Positions 38,086 to 51,185 of a stretch of DNA of 64,000 nucleotides are shown here, piece by piece. The position numbers were made by a program, and so were the translations under genes. Every line of letters starts with the position of its first letter. Positions within the stretch are counted from its first letter, which is position 1. The notes beneath the pieces are model-generated. The model did no database searches. It worked only from the letters and a program-made list of their open reading frames with translations, and was not told the origin of the DNA. Source of the stretch: Anolis carolinensis (Eukaryota); contig NW_026943826.1 in assembly GCF_035594765.1 (NCBI RefSeq), positions 13,309,325 through 13,373,324 of the forward strand, written 5' to 3'.

Positions 38086-38104
38086 TGGCGCCCCCTGGTG
38101 GCCA
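38086..38104 (-). promoter_or_regulatory. CTCF core motif
   Basis: The minus strand reads TGGCCACCAGGGGGCGCCA, near-identical to the canonical CTCF consensus. Confidence 0.7.
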
Positions 38105-38167
38105 TAGAGGAAACTTCAGGCTTTCTTCCAACCAGGTCTGATGATCAGTCCTGGATCCATATCTGAC

Positions 38168-39365
38168 AGGGTGGGCCGGATTCGGCCCGTGGGCCTTGGG
38201 TTTGGAAATTCCAGTGCCACATACAATGGATAGCTCGTGAGAGACTGTTGTACAATGGGCTTAGTGTGAGTAGAATGGGGTCACATAGAAAGACGTGGTG
38301 GGCCAGATTTGGCCCACGGGCCATGAGTTGGGAAATCCCAGCACCACGTACAATTGATAACTCATGAGAAGCAATTGTATAATAGGGATGAATAGAGTGA
38401 GTAGAGTTGGGACATGGAAGGACGTGGTGGGCCGGATTCGGACCGCGGGCCATGAGCTTAACACATGTGTTTGGAAATACGAGTACGGCTTATGAGAGGC
38501 AATTGTGCAATGGGGATGAATAGAGTGAGTAGAGTTGGGACATGGAAGGACGTGGTGGGCCGGATTCGGACCGCAGACCTTGAATTTGGAAATTCCAGCA
38601 CCACGTACAACTGACACCTCATAAGAACCAATTGTACAATGGGGATGAGTAGAAAGGGGCCACATAGAAGGACGTGGTGGGCCGGATTCGGACCGTGGGC
38701 CATGAGTAGAGCTGGGACAATAAGGCCTTGAGCTTAACACATGTGTTTGGAAATTCTAGCACCACGTACAACTGAAACCTCATGAGAACCAATTGTACAA
38801 TGGTGATGAGTAGAGTGGGGCCACATAGAAGGACGTGGTGGGCCGGATTCGGACTGTGGGCCATGAGTAGAGCTGGGACAATAAGGCCTTGAGCTTAACA
38901 CATGTGTTTGGAAATTCTAGCACCACGTACAACTGAAACCTCATGAGAACCAATTGTACAATGGTGATGAGTAGAGTGGGGCCACATAGAAGGACGTGGT
39001 GGGCCGGATTCGGACTGTGGGCCATGAGTAGAGCTGGGACAATAAGGCCTTGAGCTTAACACATGTGTTTGGAAATTCCACCACCACGTACAACTGATAC
39101 CTCACGAGAACCAATTGTACAATGGTGATGAGTAGAGTGGGGCCACATAGAAGGACGTGGTGGGCCGGATTCAGACTGCGGGCCATGAGTAGAGCTGGGA
39201 CAGTAAGGCCTTGAGCTTAACACATGTGTTTGGAAATTCCACCACCACGTACAACTGACACCTCATGAGAACCAATTGTACAATGGTGATGAGTAGAGTG
39301 GGGCCACATAGAAGGACGTGGTGGGCCGGATTCGGACTGCGGGCCGTGAGTAGAGCTGGGACAAT
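38168..39365. repeat. 161-bp tandem array upstream of paralog C
   Basis: Near-identical ORFs at 38619, 38780 and 38941 (period 161). Confidence 0.9.
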
Positions 39366-39652
39366 AATTCCGACCATGAAAGCCTTTGACAATCCGAGTC
39401 CTGCCTTCCTTGCAATTGGGAAACCTGCCAGGAGAGCAGGCTGTGGGCGTGTTATGGAGCCAAGCCAGGAGAACGTCAACGAACCATCTCAAAGCCACCC
39501 CGCGATGCTCTTCCAGGCAATGAGGCTCTTTACTCAACCGCCCCGCCTCCAGAAACAGCAATCGTGGTTGGTAGAAGCGCCTCTCCTGGAATATCTGGTT
39601 GCCTCCATGCAGCCGAGCCGCAATTGAGTCCTTGTCTTGCGACGTTCTCAAG

Positions 39653-39826
39653 ATGTTCCTCCTGGCTCTCTTGTCGCAGGCGGCCAGCCTGGTGGCCACG
39701 CTGTTCATCCTGCTTCTCTTGTGGGCCCTTGTCTACCACGTCTCCACCACACAAATGCCTGCCGGGATTGGTCAACCTCTGAAGGTCCGGATCCTGCACG
39801 TTTGTAGCATCATGGTCTACTGCCTG
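39653..39826 (+). CDS. AADACL3/4-like: AADACL paralog C exon 1; gene 39653-48347, 411 aa
   Basis: MFLLALLSQAASLVATLFILLLLWALVYHVSTTQMPAGIGQPLKVRILH...; GTGAG donor. Confidence 0.87.
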
Positions 39827-40947
39827 GTGAGTTTCTCCTTGAGGTTCTTGATTTAGTCAATAAGGAACCGGGAAAGAAGGTATTTCCATGTGTGGAGATT
39901 CAAGACCTCAACAACGTTGCTTGCCTGCCTTGTCCTTCCCACGTCCTCTCCTCGCTTCGCCTTTCTCCTCCCGGAGAACTGGAATGTCACGTCTTTCCCT
40001 TCTCGTTGTGACACATCATCGGGTTTTCCTCGCCCTCGGGCGAGAAGATATAGTCGATTTCTGCACCGTAGAACGAAAGCACGTTGATACTATTTCAACA
40101 GCCCCGGATTCATGCAATGGTTTGATTCCTGGGAGTTGTAGATCGACCACATCGTAGCATTGAGTTGCGGTGGTTAACGGGGTGTTGATGTCAACCTCGG
40201 AGTTGTAGCTCGACTACGTCGTTGGCCTCCTCTACCAAAGAGTGACAGTGCCTTGTCAAGCTACAACTCCCGGGGATTCCACAGAAGTGAGTCGTGGTGT
40301 GTTAACCACCAATGAGGAGAGAGTAAGTAAGAAACACAACGATTATAATTTCATGGTTTAGATGCGTAGCTTCACATAGTAAACAATCACATAGTAAACG
40401 ATCCCCAGATGAAGTAGGTTGTAATAAGAAATAGGCCTTGTTTGTTTGTTTTGATTTTACGAGTGGTCCCATCCTAGGATACACACAGGTCTTTGGATGT
40501 GGGAAGACTACAATGCCCATCATCCTGGGCCAAGTTGGTTATAATGGGTCCAAGTCTCGAGTTTGGTTTGGATCTATGCTGGGTGGGATTCGCAGTGCTC
40601 TCTGGATTAAGGTGGACTACAACTCCCATCATCCCTATTCCTCCCAGGATTTAGAGTTGATTACGGTGGGTCTGTGTGGTCCAGATCCATGAGTGGGATC
40701 ATTGTGTTATATACATAATATTATATTTGCATTATAATATATTATCATATTTAATTATCCATATCATGCACCCCGGTGGCGCAGTGGATTTAAACCCTTA
40801 TGCTGACCACCAAGTCGGCGGTTCGAATCCGGGGAGAGCGGGTGAGCTCCCTCTGTCAGCTCCAGCTCCCCACAAGGATGGGCATCTGGGCATTCCCTAG
40901 ACAATCAAAGTCGCTTCTGAGACGGAAAAAAAATCAATATTATAATA

Positions 40948-41189
40948 TCTATATATATAAAAGGGTAATGAAATTTCGGCCTAGGACAAAACAACAAAAC
41001 TACACATCCCGGAAACACTAAACTTGGCAGCACAACCCCTCATCCATGCCTCTACGTTCATACAACAAAAAGCTCCAGCTACTCCAGAAAACGGCCAGGC
41101 TTTGAGACTGCAAGGCTATTCACTGCTATTCCACCTGGCCAACAAAGGATTCCCATAAGCCATAGCAACATGTGGCCGGGCAAAGCTAG
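40948..41189 (+). mobile_element. Non-autonomous Helitron
   Basis: A|TC...hairpin...CTAG|T; same family as 10014-10244. Confidence 0.78.
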
Positions 41190-41644
41190 TTTTATTATAG
41201 TATATATTTAATATTTAATATAATATTTAATATTAATATTTAATTTAATATTTAATATTTAATAATATTTAATTATAGCATCTATTTAAGCTGTAGTATA
41301 TATTATAATAAAATATAACATTTAATTGCATTATAAAATCCGTATTGCACAACGCAGAGCATCGATTGAGCACAAGCTTGTCCTTGTTGGGCAAGACCCA
41401 GCTCAACGTAAATTTTCCTATGCGTATCCTTAAATACGCCTGGGAGCATCGAATTGCAATGTTGGTTCACATACGCAACTCCAAAGTGTATGCACACACA
41501 TGTGGAGTGAGCACCCGTAGAGTAAACGGTCATGGTTCACAGTCTTGAGTTGAACGTGGATGTTCTTCATTGACCAAAATGCTGAACGATGGTCTTTACC
41601 ACCGAGTTGACCTCTGTCTTTGCTTCCCCTGTGACTGTAAACAG

Positions 41645-41861
41645 GGCTACGTTTTATGGCAACTAGGCCTCTGTGGTCGGTTTGCTGTCCTCCGGATGCT
41701 CGTCGACGGATTCCCGTCAAGGAAAGACCCGTCGCTCTTCGTTAAGGACACCTACTTCAACACCGTACCGGTGCGGGTCTACCAACCCAAAGTATCTCCT
41801 TCCGGACCAAGGAAAGGAGTCCTCTTCTTTCATGGAGGAGGTGGCACCTTTGGAAGCATCG
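41645..41861 (+). CDS. AADACL3/4-like: AADACL paralog C exon 2
   Basis: TVPVRVYQPK...VLFFHGGGGTFGSI; 217 nt. Confidence 0.92.
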
Positions 41862-41904
41862 GTAAGAGAAGCATGGGGACCATTTCTCAGGGAACAATGT
41901 TTGG

Positions 41905-43282
41905 CCCCAGCCAACTCCAACTCAAACACGGGCCTTGTAAGTTCTTTGTAGGCCAACTCCAACTCAAACATGGGCCGTATAAGTCTTTGTAGGCCAACTC
42001 CAACTCAAACACTGGCTGTGTAAGTCTTTGTTGGCCAACTCCAACTCAAACACGGGCCGTATAAGTCTTTGTTGGCCAACTCCAACTCAGACACGGGCCG
42101 TATAAGTCTTTGTTGGCCAACTCCAACTCAGACACGGGCCGTATAAGTCTTTGTTGGCCAACTCCAACTCAAACACGGGCCGTATAAGTCTTTGTTGGCC
42201 AACTCCAACTCAAACACGGGCCGTATAAGTCTTTGTTGGCCAACTCCAACTCAGACACGGGCCTCGTAAGTCTTTGTTGGCCAACTCCAACTCAAACACT
42301 GGCTGTATAAGTCTTTATTGGCCAACTCCAACTCAAGCAGGGGTCTTGTAAGTTCTTTGCAGGCCAACTCCAACTCAAACACGGGCTGTATAAGTCTTTG
42401 TTGGCCAACTCCAACTCAGACACGGGCCTCGTAAGTCTTTGTTGGCCAACTCCAACTCAAACACTGGCTGTATAAGTCTTTATTGGCCAACTCCAACTCA
42501 AGCAGGGGTCTTGTAAGTTCTTTGCAGGTCAACTCCAACTCAAACACAGGCCGTATAAGTCTTTGTTGGCCAACTGCAACTCAAACACGGGCCTCGTAAG
42601 TCTTTGTTGGCCAACTTCAACTCAAACACAGGCCGTATAAGTCTGTGTTGGCCAACTCCAACTCAAACAGGGGTCTTGGTAAGTCTTTGTTGGCCAATTC
42701 CAACTTAAACGGGTCATGCAAGTCTTTGTAGGCCAACTAAAACTCAAATACAGTCCATACAAGTCTTTGTAGGCCAACTCCAATTAAAACACAGGTCTTG
42801 TAAGTTTTTCTTGGCCAATTCCAACTCAAACACAGGCCGTATAAGTCTGTGTTGGCCAACTCCAACTCAAACAGGGGTCTTGGTAAGTCTTTGTTGGCCA
42901 TTTCCAACTTAAACAGGTCATGCAAGTCTTTGTAGGCCAACTAAAACTCAAATACAGTCCATATAAGTCTTTGTAGGCCAACTCCAATTAAAACACAGGT
43001 CTTGTAAGTTTTTCTTGGCCAATTCCAACTCAAACACAGGCCGTATAAGTCTTTGTTGGCCAACTCCAATTCAAACATGGGCCTCGTAAGTCTTTGTTGG
43101 CCAATTCCAACTCAAACAGGGGTCTTGCAAGTCTTTGTTGGCCAACTCCAATTCAAACATGGGCCTCGTAAGTCTTTGTTGGCCAATTCCAACTCAAACA
43201 GGGGTCTTCCAAGTCTTTGTAGGCCAACTCCAATTCAAACATGGGCCGTATAAGTCTTTGTTGGCCAACTCTAACTCAAACA
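41905..43282. repeat. 41-bp minisatellite filling paralog C intron 2
   Basis: ggccaactccaactcaaacacgggccgtataagtctttgtt, ~33 units. Confidence 0.92.
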
Positions 43283-43330
43283 TAACCCACAAAAGCTATG
43301 GAAATAATAAAATACCAATTTATTTTCCAG

Positions 43331-43394
43331 ATTCCTATGAAAGTGTGTGCTCCTACATGGCCCGGGAAAGTGATGCGGTGGTCGTATCTGTTGG
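43331..43394 (+). CDS. AADACL3/4-like: AADACL paralog C exon 3
   Basis: SYESVCSYMARESDAVVVSVG; 64 nt. Confidence 0.9.
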
Positions 43395-44499
43395 GTAAGT
43401 AATAGACGTGTGTGAAATGCCAAAAATTCTGCTTAGTTTGTATTTACGAAATTTGAATAACCCAATTTTGATTCTAAAGTGTTTTAAAAAATTTGTAAGG
43501 GGGTCCGTGTTGTATCTAATACGAAGTTCCGAAAACTTTGTTAGCTTTTCATTTTGTTATATGTCCATTTGTGCCAATGGGAACACTTCCAGGGCTCCTC
43601 TGCCCCTCATTTTTAGGACTATTGGGATGAAACTTGCTGCAATTGTAGCACATATTGACCACTGTAAGTCCCCCAAGTTTCGGATCATTTTGCTCACCCT
43701 CTGATTTTTGGGAAATATTTAAAGTTTTATTTGAAGAATTATTATGATTCCTATTATTATTATCATAATTGTCACCCTCATTTATTTATATGGCGCCATC
43801 ACTTTACATGATGCCGAAATTTCCTAACCCTTGTTTTAAGAAATACTAGACAGAGTAGCTTTATTGTCGTTGTACTTCAAATAAATTAAATGCCATCCTT
43901 AATCACATTATATATGTACAGTTGCGAAATGAAACACTCATCCATATGGAAATGCTTGTTGTTGGTAGTGGTACCATGGGATGAAGCATCTCGGGACAAC
44001 ACTCAAGGTGATTTGAAGAGCTTTTTGTTCTCTCCTTTGGACGGATCGAGGTTCAAAGGGTCACTAAGCCCATAGACCCCCAAACCGATGGTCAAGGGAG
44101 GTGACTCCAAGACCCGGACGAGGGGTGCAATATGGTGCAACTACAAGAGCAACCAAAACGTCTGCCAGTTGACCATACAATCATGCTGGAGATCTAGGGA
44201 AAACGCATAATAATAATAATAATATTATAATAATAAGATCCTCCTGGTATACTTCATATTAATATTAATGGCAGGTAATTAAAAAATAGGGTTCCAGAAT
44301 GTATGCGGAAAATTGTATTCCCGAAAGGGTAATATGAGGAACTAATTGTTGTGGTCCAACCTGATGTTGACGAAGGGTTTGTGGTGTCAGGGCCTGTGAG
44401 ACTGGGAGATGCAGTTTCAGAGCCAGGGAGAATACTGGGATCAGATCCAGCCAGGACTGGGGTTCAGGAGGCGTTGTTAGAACCAAATCCTGCTTCTGC

Positions 44500-46500
44500 G
44501 TTACCGTGTGAAAGTACTGATGTTTTGTTCAGTAATATCCAATCTTTTATCCATGTCATAGCACATGCATCGTGGTATGCATCAAAGTCTGGGAGGCCCA
44601 AACCACCTCTATTTTTCTTATCAATCAAATTATCATGTTTTATTCTTGGTCTTCCTCCGGCCCATATAAATTTTAGAATTTCTTTTCTCCGTTTTATAAA
44701 AAGTGATTGACTTCTAATTATCGGGAGGTTTTGAAAAAGAAACATCAATTTCGGTAGTACACTAGAGTCTCACTTATCCAACATAAACGGGCCGGCAGAA
44801 TGTTGGATAAGCGAATACGTTGGATAACAAGGAGAGATTAAGGAGAAGCCTATTAAACATCAAATTAGGTTATGATTTTACAAATTAAGCACCAAAACTT
44901 CATGTTATACAACAAATTTGATAGAAAAAGTAGTTCAATACGCAGTAATGTTATGTAGTAATTACTGTATTTACGAATTTAGCACCAAAATATCACGATA
45001 TATTGAAAACATTGACTACAAAAATGCGTTGGATAATCCAGAATGTTGGATAAGCGAGTGTTGGATAAGTGAGACTCTACTGTATATTCATCTTAACTAA
45101 TGATATGCGGCCTAATAGTGACAACTTCAAATAAGTCCATTTTTGTAAAATCCTTCTGTATTTTTTTCCAGGTTTCTTCATAATTATTCTTTAACAATTG
45201 TCCATTTTTAGTCCTTATCCATACTCCTAAGTACTTAAATTTCTTAACTATTTCCAGGCCTGTTTGTTCTTTAATCATGTCCTGATTTTTCTTCTCTATA
45301 TTCTTCATTAGTAATTTCGTTTTTGACTGATTAACTTTAAATCCTGCAACTGCTCCAAATTCTTTTATTTTCTGCATCCATCTTATTATATTTTTACTTG
45401 GGTCTTCCATTATCCCAAGTACATCGTCTGCGAAGGCTCTTATCTTATATTCATATTTACCAACTTTAGATCCCTACTTTTCTATACCTTGGTTGATCTC
45501 ACTCTTTCGATGTAGTATAAAAAATTTAATAAAATTCTTTTTTAAAAAGAAGAAGAAAGTACTGATGTTTTGGAATCCAGCAGTCAGGGAGGTCACCTCT
45601 CACCTAGTAATTGCAGCCGAGATACCATAAGCAATGACTTCAAAGTTGCAAAGGCTTTTGGTGACGGCCCTCCAGTCTGTATGAAGTTATGTTTATACAG
45701 GTGCGTTCTTTTTTTTTTAAAGAATTTTATTAAATTTTTTATACTCCATCGAAAGAGTGAGAACAAACAAGGTATAGAAAATTAGGGAAGAGAGAGAAAG
45801 ATAAAAGTCTACAATCTACAAAAATATACCCACACACAAAAAAAGCAAAAATAAATAAATAATAATAACAAAATAAAAATGACTTCCAGTCCACCTTCTT
45901 GGATAATATTTTCTTATTATTCAATAATATTTTTTCTTGGAGAAAAAAAATAGCAAAATTGTCTCTCGTAATCTTCGTTTTCTCAAATTATTCAGATAGT
46001 CCTGAAGATCATCATCATCATTTAATTACTTATGAATCGCCCTCCATCCACGATGCTCTAGGCGATTTACAAGATAAAATTGTAAAGGATAAAAATATAT
46101 ACATACAAATATTGATAAAATTAACATAGATTAAAAGCTGTAGTAAAGAGCCAGGTCTTGAGTGCGAGGGTCAAAGGCCAGATCGTCCCAATTCGTTCTT
46201 TTCATTATCTTGCCGGTATTTTTCTGCAATAAAAAAAGTCAATTCGTCCATATCCTTTATTTCTCTTATCTTCTCCACCCACTCCTCAATGGGTGGGACT
46301 GATTCCTGTTTCCATTCTCTAGCGAAAACAATTCTAGCGGAAGTCGTAATATACGTAAAAAGTTTATTTTCTTGTTCCATCAATTGTAAGTCTAAATCTG
46401 TAAATCCTAGTCGATAATACTCTGGTTTTCTTATAAATGTTCTTTTTAAAACCTTTTGTGATTCTTCATGAATCTTCAACAGGTGCGTTCTTTTCAACGT
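44500..46500 (-). mobile_element. Fragmented L1/Tx1-type LINE ORF2 pieces in paralog C intron 3
   Basis: FADD-type RT motif near 45430, GFKVNQSKT...FKYLGV, FIWAGGRPRI...RGGLGLPDF, and a C-terminal ARIVFAREWK segment. Confidence 0.8.
44760..45082. mobile_element. Tc1/mariner-superfamily (Tigger-like) MITE nested in the L1
   Basis: TIRs cactagagtctcacttatccaac / gttggataagtgagactctactg, TA TSD. Confidence 0.85.
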
Positions 46501-46799
46501 GTAATGTCGGCAGGTTTTTGAGTAATTACATTGGACTACCGCCGATTTCTGAGCCTGAATATATTGCACAAGATTTCCCTAGTCTAAAATGATACATTTT
46601 AATATATTGGGTTTATGGTTCCCGTCCCCTTGATCAGGTCATGTAAGTGTGATTTATTGTTATAATTGTATTATTTTACTTTGTTTAATAATGTGTATTA
46701 TGTTGTTATGTAATGTTTGTGTTGCTTTTATGACTGTAAACCGCCCTGAGTCCCATCCGGGAGATAGGGCGGTATATAAATAAAGTTTTATTGTTATTA

Positions 46800-47489
46800 T
46801 TGACACAACGACGTTGTATGACTCAGCAAACAAGATAGATGTGCTGGATTTCGTATCACAAAACCACAAGTCGAACACTTCCCAAGTGTCTAGGACTGTG
46901 TGATGTATTTTCGGATGATGCGTGCAGATCCCAACAGGGTGGCCTTTTGCAGTTGGCAGATCGTAATTTTGTCAATGTCTATTGTTTCCAAATGCTGACT
47001 GAGATCTTTCGGCACGGCACCCAGTGTGCCCATCACCACCGGGACCACCTGTACTGGTTTCTGCCAGAGTCTTTGAAGTTCCATCTTGAGGTCCTGAGAG
47101 CGGCTGAGTTTTTCCTGTTGTTTTTCATCTATGCGACTGTCACCTGGGATGGCGACATCAATGATCCAAACCTTGTTCTTTTCCACAACTGTGATGTCTG
47201 GTGTGTTGTGTTCCAGAACTTTGTCAGTCTGGATTCGGAAGTCCCACAGTATCTTTGCGTGCTCATTTTCCAAGACTTTTGCAGGTTTGTGATCCCACCA
47301 GTTCTTTGCTGCTGGGAGGTGGTACTTGAGGCATAAGTTCCAATGAATCATTTGGGCCACACAGTTGTGCCTCTGTTTGTAGTCTGTCGGTGCAATTTTC
47401 TTACAGCAGCTGAGGATATGATCAATGGTTTCGTCAGCTTCCTTGCACAGTCTGCATTTTGGGTCATCAACTGATTTTTCGATCTTGGC

Positions 47490-47492
<3 letters not shown>
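46800..47492 (-). mobile_element. 5'-truncated R4/Dong-clade retrotransposon (CCHC + RLE), flanked by (TAA)n
   Basis: Open frame KCRLCKEADETIDHILSCC...PDITVVE...IIDVAIP...LQKATLLGSARIIRKYITQS-stop plus 3'UTR. Confidence 0.85.
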
Positions 47493-47544
<52 letters not shown>

Positions 47545-47566
47545 ATGATTGGCCTTGGCTTCACAG

Positions 47567-48347
47567 GTACCGCCTCGCTCCGGAGCACCACTATCCCGCC
47601 CAGTGGAACGACTGCACCACGGCTGCCGAGTATTTCTTGAAGAACGCCGAAGGCTTTGGAGTCGACCCCACTTGTATTGTCCTGAGCGGTGATTCCATCG
47701 GAGGAGTGATGACCGCGTTCCTGGCCCAAGAACTGTCAAAGAGGAAGGACCTCCCCAAACCACGGGCTCAGGTCCTGGTGAGCCCGTTCCTCCAGGGCCT
47801 GGATTTCAACTTGCTTTCGTATCAAGAAAACCGGTGGGTCCCCTTTGTTTCCCAGAGCGATTTCCTGCACTTGCTGTTCATCTACATCAGCAAAAACATG
47901 TCGGCCGTGGAGATCGCTTTGGCGGAATCCCACATTCCCGAGGAGAAGAGAACCAAGTACCAGCGGTGGCTCAACGCGGACAACGTCCCCAAAGAACTGA
48001 AAGCGAAAGGGTTCTACCAGGAGTTCCAGCTCTCCAGTTGTCCCCTGGACAATATCCACACCTTGATTAAAACAATCACGGGGACCAATATCTCCCCGCT
48101 TATCGCCGACGACGCCGTCATTCAGCAGCTTCCGGACACCTTCATCTTAACCTGTGAATATGACGTCCTGAGAGACGACGGCCTCTTGTACAAGAAGCGG
48201 CTGGAGGACAACGGGGTGAAGGTCTCGTGGTGCCACCTCAAAGAGGGCTTCCACGGGGTCTTCCTCCTTTTCAATCGCTTGTTCCTCAATTTCGCCTTCT
48301 GCCAAAGAGGATTAGACAGCGTAGTGAGCTACATCAACGGCTTGTAG
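47567..48347 (+). CDS. AADACL3/4-like: AADACL paralog C exon 4
   Basis: cacag acceptor; YRLAPEHHYP...GDSIGG...YDVLRDD...GFHG; 781 nt to TAG. Confidence 0.93.
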
Positions 48348-48481
48348 GCATGCAGTTGCCCAGGTTGATGTCAGGTTAGAAGCCTTCTTCTTTTGGGATA
48401 TGTGCCGGTCATATTGAGTGATGAGTATTGAGTCCTCCTCCACCCTGAGTGCCCTTGGGGAGATAGGACGGAATATTAATA

Positions 48482-48515
<34 letters not shown>

Positions 48516-48610
48516 TACTTTTTAAAACCTTATACATGTTGTTTTATTCTGTTTTCAGTGAGACAGAGCGTAGTCACCTTGCAGAGAAACAGACACAGAC
48601 TCTATATAAC

Positions 48611-49288
48611 TACGAGGGTTATCCAGAAAGTAGATTCCGTTTTGGAATTAAAAATGAACAAAGTATAGGAGAAAACATTTACCATACGCAGTTGAAAGCC
48701 ACACCCAAATACCACTTCTCAACATAGTCGCCATTCAAATCTAGCCACTTACCATAGCGATGAATGAGCTTGGCAACTCCTTCCCCACAAAACTCTGCCG
48801 CTTGCGTCCTCAACGCAACATTTTGGCAACGAATGAGCTTTGCAGCTCCTTCCCCACAAAACTCTGCCGCTTGCGTCCTCAACGCAGCGTTTTGGCGATG
48901 AATGAGCTTTGCAGCTCCTTCCCCACAAAACTCTGCAGCTTGTGTCTTCAACGCAGCGTTTTGGCAACGAATGAGCTTTGCAGCTCCTTCCCCACAAAAC
49001 TCTGCTGCTTGCGTCCTCAAAGCAGCATTTTGGTGTCGAATGAGCTTGGCAACTCCTTCCCCACAAAACTCTGCCGCTTGCGTCCTCAACGCAACATTTT
49101 GGCAACGAATGAGCTTTGCAGCTCCTTCCCCACAAAACTCTGCCGCTTGCGTCCTCAACGCAGCGTTTTGGTGACGAATGAGCTTTGTAACTCCTCCACA
49201 AAACTCTACCGCTTGTGTCCTCAACCAGCCGGTCACCCCTTCCCGCAGCTGTGCATTGTCACCAAAACGCTGCGTTGAGGACACAACC
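48611..49288 (-). mobile_element. Mariner transposon 3' end with a 69-bp coding segment tandemly amplified ~7x
   Basis: TACGAGGG terminus; QRFGDNAQLREGVTGWL...KLIHRYGKWLDLNGDYVEK resembles a mariner transposase C-terminus. Confidence 0.75.
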
Positions 49289-50054
49289 TCTTGGTCAGTA
49301 GTGATTTATTGCAGCTGGCTACTAACTAGCTGCGCCACAGCCCGGTGTTGCTATTGTTCCCTTTGCTTAGCCATTTTCTTTTGTTGCCTAACTCTAGAAG
49401 TCTTCCATTTCAATAGGGTTCTCTATTGGCCATAGTTTTTACGTGTCCATCTGAAGTCTAAGACGATATCCCTCCATTGATACGGGAGACATGCTCTATG
49501 TAAGAACACAACACACTCTGGGTTGCTGCGAGTTTTCTGGGTTGTCTCCAAACTTTCTCCGAACCTGAATATCGTCATGGGGAAATATAAAGTCTGAGTC
49601 AACAAAGCCAGTGCGAGATCGGACGGCAGAAGAACCAAAAAGTCAAAGAGGAGCAAAGTTAATATCGGACCCAAATTTTCCTTCCTCCCGGCACATACAG
49701 AACGGCTTACAAAAAACAAATGAATTCAGTAAATGATATAATAAAGACGATAAACACATATCACTCAATACAATAAAATAACTCAATAACATAAACATTA
49801 ATTAAAAACGAATTAAAAAATCCAAAGTTCTCCTCTGGGTGGGATGAATTAAAAATAAATAAAGACAAGCTGCACGGAATGAATGACGTGGTAGGGGAAC
49901 GAGCGTTCTTAGGCGCAAGACTCCGATTAGGAAAGTTGAGATCCGAAAATCTTTTTTTTGCCTGACCTACAGGATTCCAGACTTGTAAGCATTACGAGGT
50001 CAATGGATTTGATTGTCAACACAATGTTAGGACAGGCTGGCGGACTCCTTTATT

Positions 50055-50130
50055 AATAGATTCAGCACATCTTCGGCTTTGAAAGGGAGATGAGCACCAC
50101 CCCTCAGAGTTGGACTCGACTAGACTTAAG
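50055..50130 (+). mobile_element. Sauria-SINE-like 3' fragment
   Basis: cttcggctttgaaagggagatgagcaccacccctcagagttggactcgactagacttaa, recognised from the recalled consensus. Confidence 0.55.
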
Positions 50131-51185
50131 GGCGAAACAAATATTCCCATGGCGGAATAGCCCCATGGCGTCCAACATAGCAATTTGATGGTCTGAAATA
50201 CCAAATGAGTTATGCAAAGAAGATCTGGGCCACCTGCCCATTGGTTGCAAGACGTCTGATGATATTTGAATAGGCCCATTATAAAAATAATTAGTCGTCA
50301 ATTACTTTCAGAAAGCCATGGCGAGTTCCATACTAATAAACAATGAGACGGAAAGGCAGATTGCAGAATTAGTGCAAAATCAATATTATATTAATACGAT
50401 AATTAGTATTAATACACAAATGCTTGAAATTAATTATCAATTCAGAAGGCATTACCGCCCATTTTTGATTCCATCTTACTAAACTCGGGGCTATGTCTGT
50501 TTTTATTGTTGTTTTTATTGTTATTTTAAAGCTAAGTGTATTGTTTTAATCTATTTCTGTAAACCGCTCCGAGCCAAACTGAGAGTAGCGGTATACAAGT
50601 CTAATAAATAAATAAATAATAGTAATAATCGTAATAATGAATATCCCAAATAGGCCCGGGATGGGAGTGGGACTGAGAAAATGCCTTCTATCAGGTGAGA
50701 AAACTCGAGCAGATCTGTAAATTCAAGCAGGGTCTTATAGGGCGAAACAGCCATCATCCGCAAATATATTGACGCCCGCGCTCATTTCGAGGTGGCCCCT
50801 CGCTCTCCCCATGACGTTTCTCCACCTCTGGGAAGGATTGTGGGTTAAACCGAGTTAAGACAGTTCATCCTTGCCTTAGTAAAACTCGTGTGCTCGGGAT
50901 CCCAGAATAATTTATGGAGAGCCGTCCTCATTGTGATTCATGAAAGTATCTAAATACAGTCCTGCCTCCATCGTCTGAACCATCCTCATTCATAAACGCA
51001 TGGGCGACAGTTTTCTAATTGCGGAGGAAGGAGGAGGAGAAGAACTCGTTTGGATAAACCTCATTACCTAATTGTCCCGGGGCTAAAATAAAGGGGCCGG
51101 GGCAGGAACGAGCACGTTGCTAAACACTCCCAGGTTTTTCTGGAAGCGCTCCTCGCTCGCATCGGGCTCCGGCTCTGCAAATGGG

